IMG/VR virus record: IMGVR_UViG_3300030330_005553
Location: 1-58,181 of that record
DNA from: a virus
Taxonomy: Duplodnaviria; Caudoviricetes
Length of the DNA stretch: 58,181 bases
Direction: 5' to 3' (one strand)
Under the pieces are notes generated by a model that searched no databases, was not told the origin of the DNA, and saw only the letters and a list, made by a program, of their open reading frames with translations. Within the stretch, counting starts at the first letter, position 1, and each line of letters starts with the position of its first letter. The translations under genes were made by a program, and so were the position numbers. Shown here in pieces: positions 8,034-17,473 of the stretch.

Positions 8034-11000
8034 ATGCGTTTCGATAAAAGGGTTTTTGGAGCAGAGGTATCTGAAGAAATAATTGATGAATTCAAAATTC
8101 TTGGTGGGATTCAACCTACTGTACAACAAGATCCTCTTTCATCAGTCAATCCCTCTGAACCATATTATCTAGGAAATCTAACATCTTTTGCTAGAATGTG
8201 GACTGCCGTTGCTTATAGTGAATATACAGATGATGAATGGAATGCCTATAAGGGGGAAAGAGTAAGTATTAACAGTAATGGTCAGATATTTTATCACGGA
8301 GAGGATGATGAATTTGAAAGTTCTGTTGTATTAGGTAGTGAAGAGAGAACAACGACAAAATTAATATTTTCGGCAAATGAAAATCGTGAAGATAGCTACG
8401 CAGGTCATCCTTTGGAACAAACACTTCCAGGTGGTGATACAGGAAAGGTTCAATATAGAAATCAACTTACAAATAATCCATTAAATAATCCGCCGGCCGG
8501 TATAACATCAGTTCGATCCAAAACCCAAGGTGCTCTAGGTGCTATATTGAGCACAACTATTGAGTTTGTGGTTCACAATAAGTTTGATTTTGAAAATATA
8601 TTTTTACCATATTTTATGAGACCAGGTTCTAAGGTTTGTGTGGATTATGGTTGGTCAGATCCAGCGACTCCGTTATACGACATAAAGAGTCAAGTGGAAA
8701 ATCAAGATATTCGAATGACTAAATTCATAGATTTCATACAAAATACTTTTATACCGAATAATTTTGGAAGAGTCAACACTGCCATAGGAAATGTTGTAAA
8801 TTATAGTAGTAATGTTACATCTGAGGGTTCTTTTGAATGTTCAATCGAATTAATATCACCAAATGCCTCATTATTAGATCAAGGTGTGGGTGGTGAGGAT
8901 AATATTCAGTTTTTATTCACCAACACAATAAATGATCTTGTGGCAGCCATGTTTGCAAGACATAAAGGTGTGCCATTATCCTTAGATCACATTAAAAGAA
9001 ATTTAAATGCTTCTGTACCTGTTGATACATCAGAAGAATCCAAGAGATTAATTTCTGAATTTTCCAATAATACATATCTTGGTGTAATACCGCCGATCTC
9101 AGTTGAGGATGGTATTTTTCATCAAGACTTATCACCAAACAAACCCGCAGAAATCTCATCATTACAAGATAGAAAAGTAACCGCTGATGATGAGAAGAAA
9201 TCAAGTCGGCAAGTAATTGTTGACGATGCAACACTAGGTGGTGAAGTTACCTATATATCATACGGCTTGTTCGAAGATGTATTCTTGAATAATTTCGTAG
9301 CCGGAGTGGTAACCAACAAACCAAAGGGTGGTAATACTGCCGAGGTTTCTTTTGAGGAAAAACCTGCAAATGATTTTAACATAAAATTCGATAGTCGAAC
9401 AGTTTACGTCAGATATGATGATTTATACCTCGATATTCAGAAAGCACCACTCGTGGATGGGGAAAAACTAACTAATTTTTTGATACCCGATAATTGGGAT
9501 AATAGTTACAATAGTAAAAAAGTACTGAAAATAAACCTAGAAGAAACCGATGCTGACAAATTACCGGATAAGGATTCGGATATAAAATGGAATGTGAGTA
9601 CGAAGGATCAAAAGGAAGGAAAACATCCTAATTATCCAGGAATCGCTGTCATACCATTGAGAGACATTTTCATTTCAGTTCCATTAATTACAGCGGCCTT
9701 TAAAAAATCCAAATCTGTGAATGATGCTATAGTTGCCATATTGGATGATCTTAATTTTGAGTCCAATGATGTTTGGAATTTAAAGATAGTTGGTAGTACT
9801 AATGCTAAAACAGGTCTCAAAATAATCGATATAAATCTTGTGCCAAAACCAGAGCCTAGGAGATTAGTTTTTGATGTAACCGGCCAATCATCAATCGTCA
9901 GTAATTTAGATTTAAAATATTCAACACCAAGCGATGGATTATCTTCGATTTTAGCAATCGGAAACTCACCAGGACCCGATCATAGTAATGATATGGATAT
10001 GTCACAATTTGCTTTTCTAAAATTATTAAATAAATCAGAATTTGGCCCTCGTGATAGACCATTTCGTGTAGTTAGTCTACCTTATGATGGAGATCCTAAT
10101 AGTTTAACAACTCAACAAGAAGCGATGACATTGGATTTAAATGGCATAATGGAGTCGGTGATGCCTGCCCCACGAAATCCCTTGACAAGTGAACAAGTTG
10201 AAATACAGAGATTTTACCTTGAGAATATTGTTGAAAAGGTAAATCAGATCGAGGAAGAAAAGGCAGGTGGTAAAGATTTTGAATTCACACCGAGTGATAA
10301 ATATCAGAAATACACAAAGGCAGTGGAATTTGTGGATTCCTACAGAGATTACTATAAGAAAGTTTTGAGAAAAAAATATTATGATAAGGAAGGTGAACAA
10401 ACAATACCCGTTATATTACCGATCGAGCTTTCTTTAACAATTTATGGGAACACCTATTTACAGTATGGAGATTATTTTAGTATCAACTATTTACCAGAGT
10501 TTTATAAGGATAGGGTATTTTTTCAAATAGTAGGTATCGAAGATGCTATAGATACTAGTGGATGGTCAACCACTTATCAAACCGTGATGAGAATAGTTCC
10601 AGCAAAGAAATCCATAGTTACTGGTCAGAAAGAACTGAATCAAGATTTGTTATCATTAAATCCAACTTTAGATCCTTTATCGACAACAACATCTATTGCG
10701 AATCTCTTAGGTGGTGGGGATTTGAAGGAACATACATCAATTGTTATTGATGCAATATCAAGAAAAAGATTTTTGAGAAAAGATCCGAACGATTTAAATT
10801 TCGAAAAAGCTATGAAATCCAGTGGATTGACATTTAAAACATTGGTATATGCAATCGATCAACCTGATTCTTGGACAAAACAAGTTAAATTGGTTCGTCC
10901 TTTGGCCGGCAATAACGAAGTTGACGCTACAAATTTTGTAAAATTTCAATATAGCAGTTATGATATAAATGATCTCACTTCAATGGATGAGTTATCCTAT

Positions 11001-11597
11001 TGTTTTGCCGTCCGAGATGCCATAATTGGAGAGAAAACTCCTCTGGATTGGGATAATAATCTTGGTGGCTTAGTTTTGCGTCAAGGATTCTACAAGACTT
11101 TACGAAAAGAATTAAGTATAAAAACTTACTTTAATTTATTGAAAAAAGACGTAAATTTTATAATTGATATTGACAAAGGTAAAAGTATAGATGGTGACAT
11201 GGACTTTTTGGAACTACCATTTGGGGGTCGTACAGCACAGGATGTATATGACAAATTAAAAACAGTAAACTATGGAATATCTCCAGCACTCAATCAGGTG
11301 ATATTTGATGCAGGTATTGCTAACTTAGAAATGGATTTGACATTCAAGGATACTAAAATACCGGTACCAATACGAGGTATTTATACGGCATTAAATTCGG
11401 AAAAAGTTAACTCTGATGATAAAAAAAATTCAGACAAAGGTTTCGAAGCTTTGTACGTATTTCAAGTAACCTCTGGTAATAAGGTATTTGAAAGAATACC
11501 GATACCTGGTAAATTTTTTAAGGATTTGAATGTAAGTGAATTTATAAAATTAATTGCAGAAAGATATACTTTTTACAAACAACTCTTGACTTTTTAA
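8034..11597 (+). CDS. Large baseplate hub-like structural protein
   Basis: 1187 aa; RPGSKVCVDYGWS and LSLTIYG...GDYF...FQIVGIEDAIDTSGWST segments resemble hub proteins; follows the LysM gene. Confidence 0.55.
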   Translation: MRFDKRVFGAEVSEEIIDEFKILGGIQPTVQQDPLSSVNPSEPYYLGNLTSFARMWTAVAYSEYTDDEWNAYKGERVSINSNGQIFYHGEDDEFESSVVLGSEERTTTKLIFSANENREDSYAGHPLEQTLPGGDTGKVQYRNQLTNNPLNNPPAGITSVRSKTQGALGAILSTTIEFVVHNKFDFENIFLPYFMRPGSKVCVDYGWSDPATPLYDIKSQVENQDIRMTKFIDFIQNTFIPNNFGRVNTAIGNVVNYSSNVTSEGSFECSIELISPNASLLDQGVGGEDNIQFLFTNTINDLVAAMFARHKGVPLSLDHIKRNLNASVPVDTSEESKRLISEFSNNTYLGVIPPISVEDGIFHQDLSPNKPAEISSLQDRKVTADDEKKSSRQVIVDDATLGGEVTYISYGLFEDVFLNNFVAGVVTNKPKGGNTAEVSFEEKPANDFNIKFDSRTVYVRYDDLYLDIQKAPLVDGEKLTNFLIPDNWDNSYNSKKVLKINLEETDADKLPDKDSDIKWNVSTKDQKEGKHPNYPGIAVIPLRDIFISVPLITAAFKKSKSVNDAIVAILDDLNFESNDVWNLKIVGSTNAKTGLKIIDINLVPKPEPRRLVFDVTGQSSIVSNLDLKYSTPSDGLSSILAIGNSPGPDHSNDMDMSQFAFLKLLNKSEFGPRDRPFRVVSLPYDGDPNSLTTQQEAMTLDLNGIMESVMPAPRNPLTSEQVEIQRFYLENIVEKVNQIEEEKAGGKDFEFTPSDKYQKYTKAVEFVDSYRDYYKKVLRKKYYDKEGEQTIPVILPIELSLTIYGNTYLQYGDYFSINYLPEFYKDRVFFQIVGIEDAIDTSGWSTTYQTVMRIVPAKKSIVTGQKELNQDLLSLNPTLDPLSTTTSIANLLGGGDLKEHTSIVIDAISRKRFLRKDPNDLNFEKAMKSSGLTFKTLVYAIDQPDSWTKQVKLVRPLAGNNEVDATNFVKFQYSSYDINDLTSMDELSYCFAVRDAIIGEKTPLDWDNNLGGLVLRQGFYKTLRKELSIKTYFNLLKKDVNFIIDIDKGKSIDGDMDFLELPFGGRTAQDVYDKLKTVNYGISPALNQVIFDAGIANLEMDLTFKDTKIPVPIRGIYTALNSEKVNSDDKKNSDKGFEALYVFQVTSGNKVFERIPIPGKFFKDLNVSEFIKLIAERYTFYKQLLTF

Positions 11598-11614
11598 TAA
11601 AAACTTCGTAACTT
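11586..11614 (+). promoter_or_regulatory. Sigma70-type promoter TTGACT-17-TAACTT with TTCG before the -10
   Basis: Same architecture at 15466, 22995 and 57355. Confidence 0.7.
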
Positions 11615-11619
11615 ATGAT

Positions 11620-12846
11620 ATGGTTATCTGTATCAATAAGTATCCGCTGTGGAGCAAGTGTCATCCGAAGAATACACCAGTGCTTATCTACGATAACTTT
11701 GAAGATGAAGTGCTTTATGCTGACCATTACGACTATAAGATTGATAACTTGGATTACAAATTATTAACTGTTGATCATCAAACAGAATATTACGTTGGTT
11801 TAGATTATAGAACATTCAAACAAATGAATGTAAATTATCACGACATAAATTCTGTTCATTATTGGTTACATAACAAACCCAAGTGGGAGATACAGCACGA
11901 TAGGTTCTATTCATCCAGCGATATGGAAGATTTTCCATATTACAGATCATTTGACAAGCTTGTAGAACAATGTAAGTCAATGGGTAAATATCAGATCAAA
12001 GATAGGATATTCGATCAGAGTAATTATCTGTTTTTTCAAACTTATTACCACAGAGCTTTCTATAACATTGAGAAAAATGGTATTGGAGTAAATGAAAACT
12101 TTCTAAAAGTCTTTGGTGATAAATATAAATCATCAATTCATGATAAAAAGGTCTATCAGAACTATAATTTCTATACAAGCACCTCTAGACCATCAAATTC
12201 TATCAATGGATTGAATTTTGCTGCCCTTACCAATGAACAACGCAAGTGTTTCTCGCCCCTAAACGATATTTTTGTAGAATTTGACTATGATGCGTATCAT
12301 CCAAGGTTGATTGGTCAATTAGTGGAGTATGATTTTCCCGATACATCGGTTCACGAGTATCTGAGTGAAAAATATGGTGTGAGTGTTGACGAGGGTAAGA
12401 AAAAAACCTTTCAATACATGTACGGTGGTATCCCCAACGATGTTGCTAACAAAGTTGAGTTTTTAGATAAGACTAAGAAGTTTATCAAGAAGTTGTGGGA
12501 GGAATATCAAGATGAATCGTTTGTCAAAACCAGAAGATACTTTCGTAGATTATATAAGGGAAATCTACCTAATATGAACCCACAGAAGTTATTTAACTAC
12601 TATATTCAGGCACATGAAACTGAAACAAATGTTAATGTGTTACACGGTTTACATACATATTTATATAGTAAGGAAACAAAAATAGTTCATTATAACTATG
12701 ACAGCTTTTTATTTGACTATAGTCGAAAAGATGGGGTGGACACTATTTATAAGATACAAGATGCATTACAAAGATTAGGTTATAAAGTCAAGTCCAAAGC
12801 CGGACATACCTATGGAGATATGAAGGATTATGAGTTCAGAAATTGA
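11620..12846 (+). CDS. Compact family-A DNA polymerase (polymerase domain)
   Basis: TSTSRPS, motif A EFDYDAYHPRL, motif B KKKTFQYMYG, NYYIQ, motif C variant HYNYDSFLFD. Confidence 0.8.
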   Translation: MVICINKYPLWSKCHPKNTPVLIYDNFEDEVLYADHYDYKIDNLDYKLLTVDHQTEYYVGLDYRTFKQMNVNYHDINSVHYWLHNKPKWEIQHDRFYSSSDMEDFPYYRSFDKLVEQCKSMGKYQIKDRIFDQSNYLFFQTYYHRAFYNIEKNGIGVNENFLKVFGDKYKSSIHDKKVYQNYNFYTSTSRPSNSINGLNFAALTNEQRKCFSPLNDIFVEFDYDAYHPRLIGQLVEYDFPDTSVHEYLSEKYGVSVDEGKKKTFQYMYGGIPNDVANKVEFLDKTKKFIKKLWEEYQDESFVKTRRYFRRLYKGNLPNMNPQKLFNYYIQAHETETNVNVLHGLHTYLYSKETKIVHYNYDSFLFDYSRKDGVDTIYKIQDALQRLGYKVKSKAGHTYGDMKDYEFRN

Positions 12847-15061
12847 TTTAATATATAGGGAATGGCAAGAAGCTATTCGTGACCGTTTTAACATTAAAGG
12901 GGAACAAGTTGTGGTTGCTAAACCAAGTAATCCAGCACACCTCAGTATATTGAAAGAGATGTGTTTAAAGGCTGGTTTCACATCTGATCAGGCAAACTCA
13001 ATTGTTTTGATATTGGAAAAATTTCAAGCAAGAAAAAAAGACACTGGTAAAGTTGTAGATTTTAAATCTAAAGAAAACAGAGATAAAGCTATCAAAGGTG
13101 GTGAGTATGAAGAGCTCGAACAAGATGGTGATGATGATGATGCATCATCAGAAACAAATCCAAATTTTGCTAAAGATGGTGAGGAGCCAGAGCCAGGACA
13201 ATCAACTACTGATGGTGGACATTTGACAAGTAAGGGATCACAGAAAAAAGAAGACTCAAATCCAATTACTGATGGTTTGAATGATGGCGATCTTCAACCT
13301 TTGGCAGATGAACAAAAATCATTAGAGGATGATAGGGATAAGGGAACTGCCGGTGCGGGTGGAGCAGCTGCAAGTCAAGGTGAGTCAAGGTATTGTAATG
13401 GTATAAACGAATATGATGATGAAGAATTTTCCGAAACCAACGAGGGATTGATTAAAGACAGAAAAGAAGAGATAAAAAATAGAAAAAAATATCCCAATGC
13501 AGAAGAAAAGGCAATATTAGAACACTTAGGACTAAATCCTGAGGACGATGAAGCATTAGATTATTTAGCAAAAAGAGAACTTTGGGCTGAACAAGAATTG
13601 GCTAGAATGAAAGCGATGCCTAAACCAAATGTCTTGACGAGTCCAAAAGGTTTTGATGGTAATGATAAGGCTTATATGGATTGGATGAAAGCTGCTTATG
13701 ATGGTATGCGTGAAACAAAACAAATTTTAGAAGATAGTGATTTAGATACTACAAAACCACATGTCGCAATACAATCAACCACCGAAACAGATAATAAAGT
13801 TGAAAAACATTTGGAAGAAAAAATAGCCAATGCTGAAAATGATGAGGATAGAGAGTATTATGAAAAGGAATTGAAATTATTTAAAAAATATAGAAAATAT
13901 CATGACACTTATGTAATTGGTCAAGATGAAAAGGGAAGAACTCACATAGTACATGTTTCTAACAAAAAGGGTTCAGATTTAAAAGATCCACATAACAATA
14001 CAACACCTGCACAAAGATTTAGAATAATTGCTAAAACCTTTGGTACAGAAGTCGCACAAGAAATAACCGATGCTATCGAATGGGGTATTGAAAAAGTAAC
14101 AACTGTTAGGGAACAAACTCTTAATAGATCCAGACAGGTAGAGATTGATGAGAATTTTTCAAAAGTAGCAGAGAAAGCTGCTGGTTCATATATCAATAAA
14201 CTGAACAGTATGGCTAATAAAAGACTCACAAAGGCTGATGGTAATCCAAGACCAGGAAATGAATTTGGTGTTTGGTTGGATAGAAAAGGAATTTCTCCTG
14301 AAGAATGGGCAAAGATGTCTACCGAACAACGGTTAAAAGAAATGCAAACCTTTATGGTTGATGAAGAGTATCATAATTCTCTACCAAAGCAAAAAGTCAG
14401 AGGTAGTGATCCACCAGAGTATGTTAACTATACACCACCTTACAAACCTTTTTCAAAAATATTTATAAAAGTTGGTGAGAAATCTCAAGAACCTAAATTT
14501 TGGAGAGATAATCCTGAATTAAATGAAGATGGTGTTGGGCTTAAAGATTCTATTGCAATAAAACAAAATGAAAAGGAAGCAGTTAAAGAAGCTCATGATC
14601 ATGTGGTCAATACCATCACAAATAAAGATAAAGAATTAGGTTTTCCAAAACGTGATGCAGATGGGTTGGTTAGTGAAAATGGTCCTAACACACAAGCCTA
14701 TATCACTACTGTAATGGACGCTATGCATTTCAGTGCTTACATTGATATGGCAGATGAAGATGATAATAAAATGATTCTTCAAATGGGAATAAAAGGTGCT
14801 AAAGCCAGTCATGTAAGAGAGTGTTTGGCAGAAAAGAGTGGATATGGAGACATCCCACCTGGTACAAGAGAGGGTTTAAAAGAACATATAAAAAGAACTT
14901 CATCTGTTGATGCAGAAACAGGTGCAATCATAATAAAAGGTAAGGATGGGGAGACAACATTAGCAGAGGATACTTGGAGAACTGCCGGTGACTCACAAAA
15001 AGTTGCAAGTGGTTTTGGTGGAGATATGCGAGATTGTATTTCAGAAAAGGTCAAAAAATAA
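12830..15061 (+). CDS. Large hypothetical protein (highly charged; possible nuclease-fold domain)
   Basis: 743 aa ORF with GGAG-like RBS; no confident family. Confidence 0.75.
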   Translation: MSSEIDLIYREWQEAIRDRFNIKGEQVVVAKPSNPAHLSILKEMCLKAGFTSDQANSIVLILEKFQARKKDTGKVVDFKSKENRDKAIKGGEYEELEQDGDDDDASSETNPNFAKDGEEPEPGQSTTDGGHLTSKGSQKKEDSNPITDGLNDGDLQPLADEQKSLEDDRDKGTAGAGGAAASQGESRYCNGINEYDDEEFSETNEGLIKDRKEEIKNRKKYPNAEEKAILEHLGLNPEDDEALDYLAKRELWAEQELARMKAMPKPNVLTSPKGFDGNDKAYMDWMKAAYDGMRETKQILEDSDLDTTKPHVAIQSTTETDNKVEKHLEEKIANAENDEDREYYEKELKLFKKYRKYHDTYVIGQDEKGRTHIVHVSNKKGSDLKDPHNNTTPAQRFRIIAKTFGTEVAQEITDAIEWGIEKVTTVREQTLNRSRQVEIDENFSKVAEKAAGSYINKLNSMANKRLTKADGNPRPGNEFGVWLDRKGISPEEWAKMSTEQRLKEMQTFMVDEEYHNSLPKQKVRGSDPPEYVNYTPPYKPFSKIFIKVGEKSQEPKFWRDNPELNEDGVGLKDSIAIKQNEKEAVKEAHDHVVNTITNKDKELGFPKRDADGLVSENGPNTQAYITTVMDAMHFSAYIDMADEDDNKMILQMGIKGAKASHVRECLAEKSGYGDIPPGTREGLKEHIKRTSSVDAETGAIIIKGKDGETTLAEDTWRTAGDSQKVASGFGGDMRDCISEKVKK

Positions 15062-15457
15062 ATGAACACCCAACTCCTCTGTACATTCACTACTAACAAA
15101 AAGTTAGACCAAACCTTAATGGACATTAGTAGTAAGTTCAATGTTATCTATGAGAAGATTTATGTACTACAGAATGAAGATAAACATAATGAACTGATCT
15201 GCACATATAATGTAGAGAAGAACAGAGACTTAGATTTCAATGCGGTGGCAAACACCATTTCATTACATAGGAAAAAGATTACAAACACATTATACACGAT
15301 AAATGCTCTGAATGAACTCATCATGGAGATAAACAACGGTGTGTTGGATACAAAATTTGAATTACCTTGGGAGATGTATAAGAACATGATTCTGATCACG
15401 AACAAGGAAGGGTTATCTCGAATATCAACCAGAATACTAAAAATAATAAATATCTAA
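15062..15457 (+). CDS. Hypothetical protein upstream of SSB
   Basis: 131 aa; abuts previous stop. Confidence 0.75.
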   Translation: MNTQLLCTFTTNKKLDQTLMDISSKFNVIYEKIYVLQNEDKHNELICTYNVEKNRDLDFNAVANTISLHRKKITNTLYTINALNELIMEINNGVLDTKFELPWEMYKNMILITNKEGLSRISTRILKIINI

Positions 15458-15465
15458 AAAACTAC

Positions 15466-15494
15466 TTGACAAATAGAAATATTATATGTAAATT
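15466..15494 (+). promoter_or_regulatory. Sigma70-type promoter TTGACA-17-TAAATT for the SSB-uvsX operon
   Basis: Consensus -35, 17-bp spacer. Confidence 0.7.
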
Positions 15495-15555
15495 ATTATA
15501 TATAATATTTATAGTAGATAAACTATAAATAACAACATAAACATGGAGAATGATA

Positions 15556-16302
15556 ATGGATATTAATGCGATTAAATCACGCCTGAATCAGTTACAAAAT
15601 ACTTCCTCAACAGCTAATGCGTTTTGGAAACCACAACCAGGAAAGTCACAGATTAGAATCACGCCATATATTGAAAACAAGGATAATCCTTTCGTAGAAT
15701 TATTTTTTCACTATAGTCTTGTTCCTAAAAAAACAGTGCTTTCACCACTTTCATTTGGACGACCTGATCCCGTTCAACAATTTGCCGACAAACTCAAGGG
15801 TTCTGGCGACAAAGACGAATGGATTCAAGGTAAGAGAATCGAACCTAAGATGAGGACATTTGCTCCTGTCATAGTTCGTGGAGAAGAATCCGAAGGTGTG
15901 AAATGGTGGGGATTTGGTAAGACAGTTTATCAAGAACTTCTTGCTATTATTGCTGATCCCGACTATGGTGATATATCAGATGTAATGACTGGTAGAGACA
16001 TCGTTGTGGAGAGACAAACTGCTGCTGAAGCTGGTAATCAATATGGGAAGACAACTATTCGTGTCAAACCAAATCAAACAGCACTTGTAGAAGATGCAAA
16101 TTTGAGTGATAACTTGTTAAAGAATCAACCAAATATTATTGAACTCTACACAGAGCCGTCATTCGATGAGTTGAAAGGTCATTTACAGAACTTTCTAAAT
16201 CCATCTGCTGCTGAAGAAACTACAGAGAAAGAACCAGAAATGGTTTCCACTCAAGCTTCTTCTAATGTAGAGGATGACTTCGATAAGTTATTTAACTCTT
16301 AA
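15556..16302 (+). CDS. Single-stranded DNA-binding protein (T4 gp32-like)
   Basis: FWKP...IRI.P, WGFGK, DISDVMTGRDI, acidic tail VEDDFDKLFNS; GGAG 7 nt before ATG 15556. Confidence 0.85.
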   Translation: MDINAIKSRLNQLQNTSSTANAFWKPQPGKSQIRITPYIENKDNPFVELFFHYSLVPKKTVLSPLSFGRPDPVQQFADKLKGSGDKDEWIQGKRIEPKMRTFAPVIVRGEESEGVKWWGFGKTVYQELLAIIADPDYGDISDVMTGRDIVVERQTAAEAGNQYGKTTIRVKPNQTALVEDANLSDNLLKNQPNIIELYTEPSFDELKGHLQNFLNPSAAEETTEKEPEMVSTQASSNVEDDFDKLFNS

Positions 16303-16307
16303 TTAAC

Positions 16308-16366
16308 ACCGACATAAAAAGGGTGGTGGGTTTTCCTCCTTTTGCCTGCTACCCTTGTCGGTTTTT
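16308..16366 (+). terminator. Long bulged stem-loop followed by a T run (terminator/attenuator) between SSB and uvsX
   Basis: ACCGACA/TGTCGGT outer stem; AGGGTGGTGGG/CCTGCTACCCT inner stem with G-U pairs; loop TTTTCCTCCTTTTG. Confidence 0.65.
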
Positions 16367-16375
16367 GGAGAACAT

Positions 16376-17473
16376 ATGTCTAAGAAAGATGAACTAGCCG
16401 AAGTTATTGCTTCGGAATTAAACAAACAATCTAAATCACATCAAGTTGCTTATTTTCTTGATGGAGTTCAAGAAACACCAACTGATGTAACAGATTGGAT
16501 TTCTACTGGCTCTACCATATTAGATTTGGCTATATCAAATCGACCAGATGGTGGATTGGCCGCTGGTAGAATCACAGAAATAAATGGACTTGAGGGTAGT
16601 GGTAAATCTCTGATCGGAGCTCATGCTCTTGCCGCCACCCAAAAGAAAGGTGGACTTGCTGTCTATATAGATACCGAGTCTGCCGTATCAAGTGAGTTCT
16701 TACAGGCTATTGGAATCGATACCGAGAATATGCTGTATGTCCACTTGGAAACTGTTGAAGAGATATTTGATACTATCGAAACAATAGTTGCTAAAATCAG
16801 AGAATCCGATAAGGATAAATTGGTTACAATACTCGTGGATAGTTTGGCAGCTGCTTCAACCAAAGTCGAGATGGATGCTGATTTCGACAAGGATGGTTGG
16901 GCAACTGCTAAAGCTATCGTGATTAGTAAGGCTATGAGAAAGATAACACAGTTGATTGCTAGACAACGAGTGTGTTTGATCTTTACTAATCAGTTGAGAC
17001 AGAAACTTGGTGTTATGTTTGGAGATCCATGGACAACATCAGGTGGTAAAGCTCTACCATTTCACTCATCAACTCGTATTAGATTGAAGAATGTGGGACA
17101 GATAAAAGATACTAAGAAGAATACAATCGGTATCAAGATACGAGCACAAGTTATCAAGAATAGGTTAGGACCACCACTGAGAAGTGCTGACTTTTCACTA
17201 TACTTTGATAAGGGTATTGATGACTTTGGTAGTTGGTTGGAAGTGTTAAAAGGTCACAAGTTGATCAAACAAGCTGGTGCTTGGTATACACTAGAAGACC
17301 AAGATGGAAAGGAACATAAGTTCCAATCTAAGGACTTTGGTTCTTTGATGGCTGATGAAGACACACAGAAATATATCTATGATAAAATCTGTGAGGCTTC
17401 GATTCTACGATATGATTCAGGTAAACTTGGCATCGATGATGTCACTACATCTGATGAATTCGCCGATGAGTAA
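16376..17473 (+). CDS. uvsX: RecA/UvsX-family recombinase
   Basis: ISTGS..LD, Walker A GLEGSGKS, YIDTE, VDSLAA, FTNQLR, TTSGGKAL; GGAG RBS before ATG 16376. Confidence 0.93.
   Translation: MSKKDELAEVIASELNKQSKSHQVAYFLDGVQETPTDVTDWISTGSTILDLAISNRPDGGLAAGRITEINGLEGSGKSLIGAHALAATQKKGGLAVYIDTESAVSSEFLQAIGIDTENMLYVHLETVEEIFDTIETIVAKIRESDKDKLVTILVDSLAAASTKVEMDADFDKDGWATAKAIVISKAMRKITQLIARQRVCLIFTNQLRQKLGVMFGDPWTTSGGKALPFHSSTRIRLKNVGQIKDTKKNTIGIKIRAQVIKNRLGPPLRSADFSLYFDKGIDDFGSWLEVLKGHKLIKQAGAWYTLEDQDGKEHKFQSKDFGSLMADEDTQKYIYDKICEASILRYDSGKLGIDDVTTSDEFADE

Noticed and set aside
1-11597. Bacterial contractile injection system or tailocin rather than a phage
   Set aside because: Directly linked to a complete T4-like replisome
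16355-17465. Track starts at 16355, 17355, 15550 and 53584
   Set aside because: RBS spacing and gene overlaps favour 16376, 17466, 15556 and 53596
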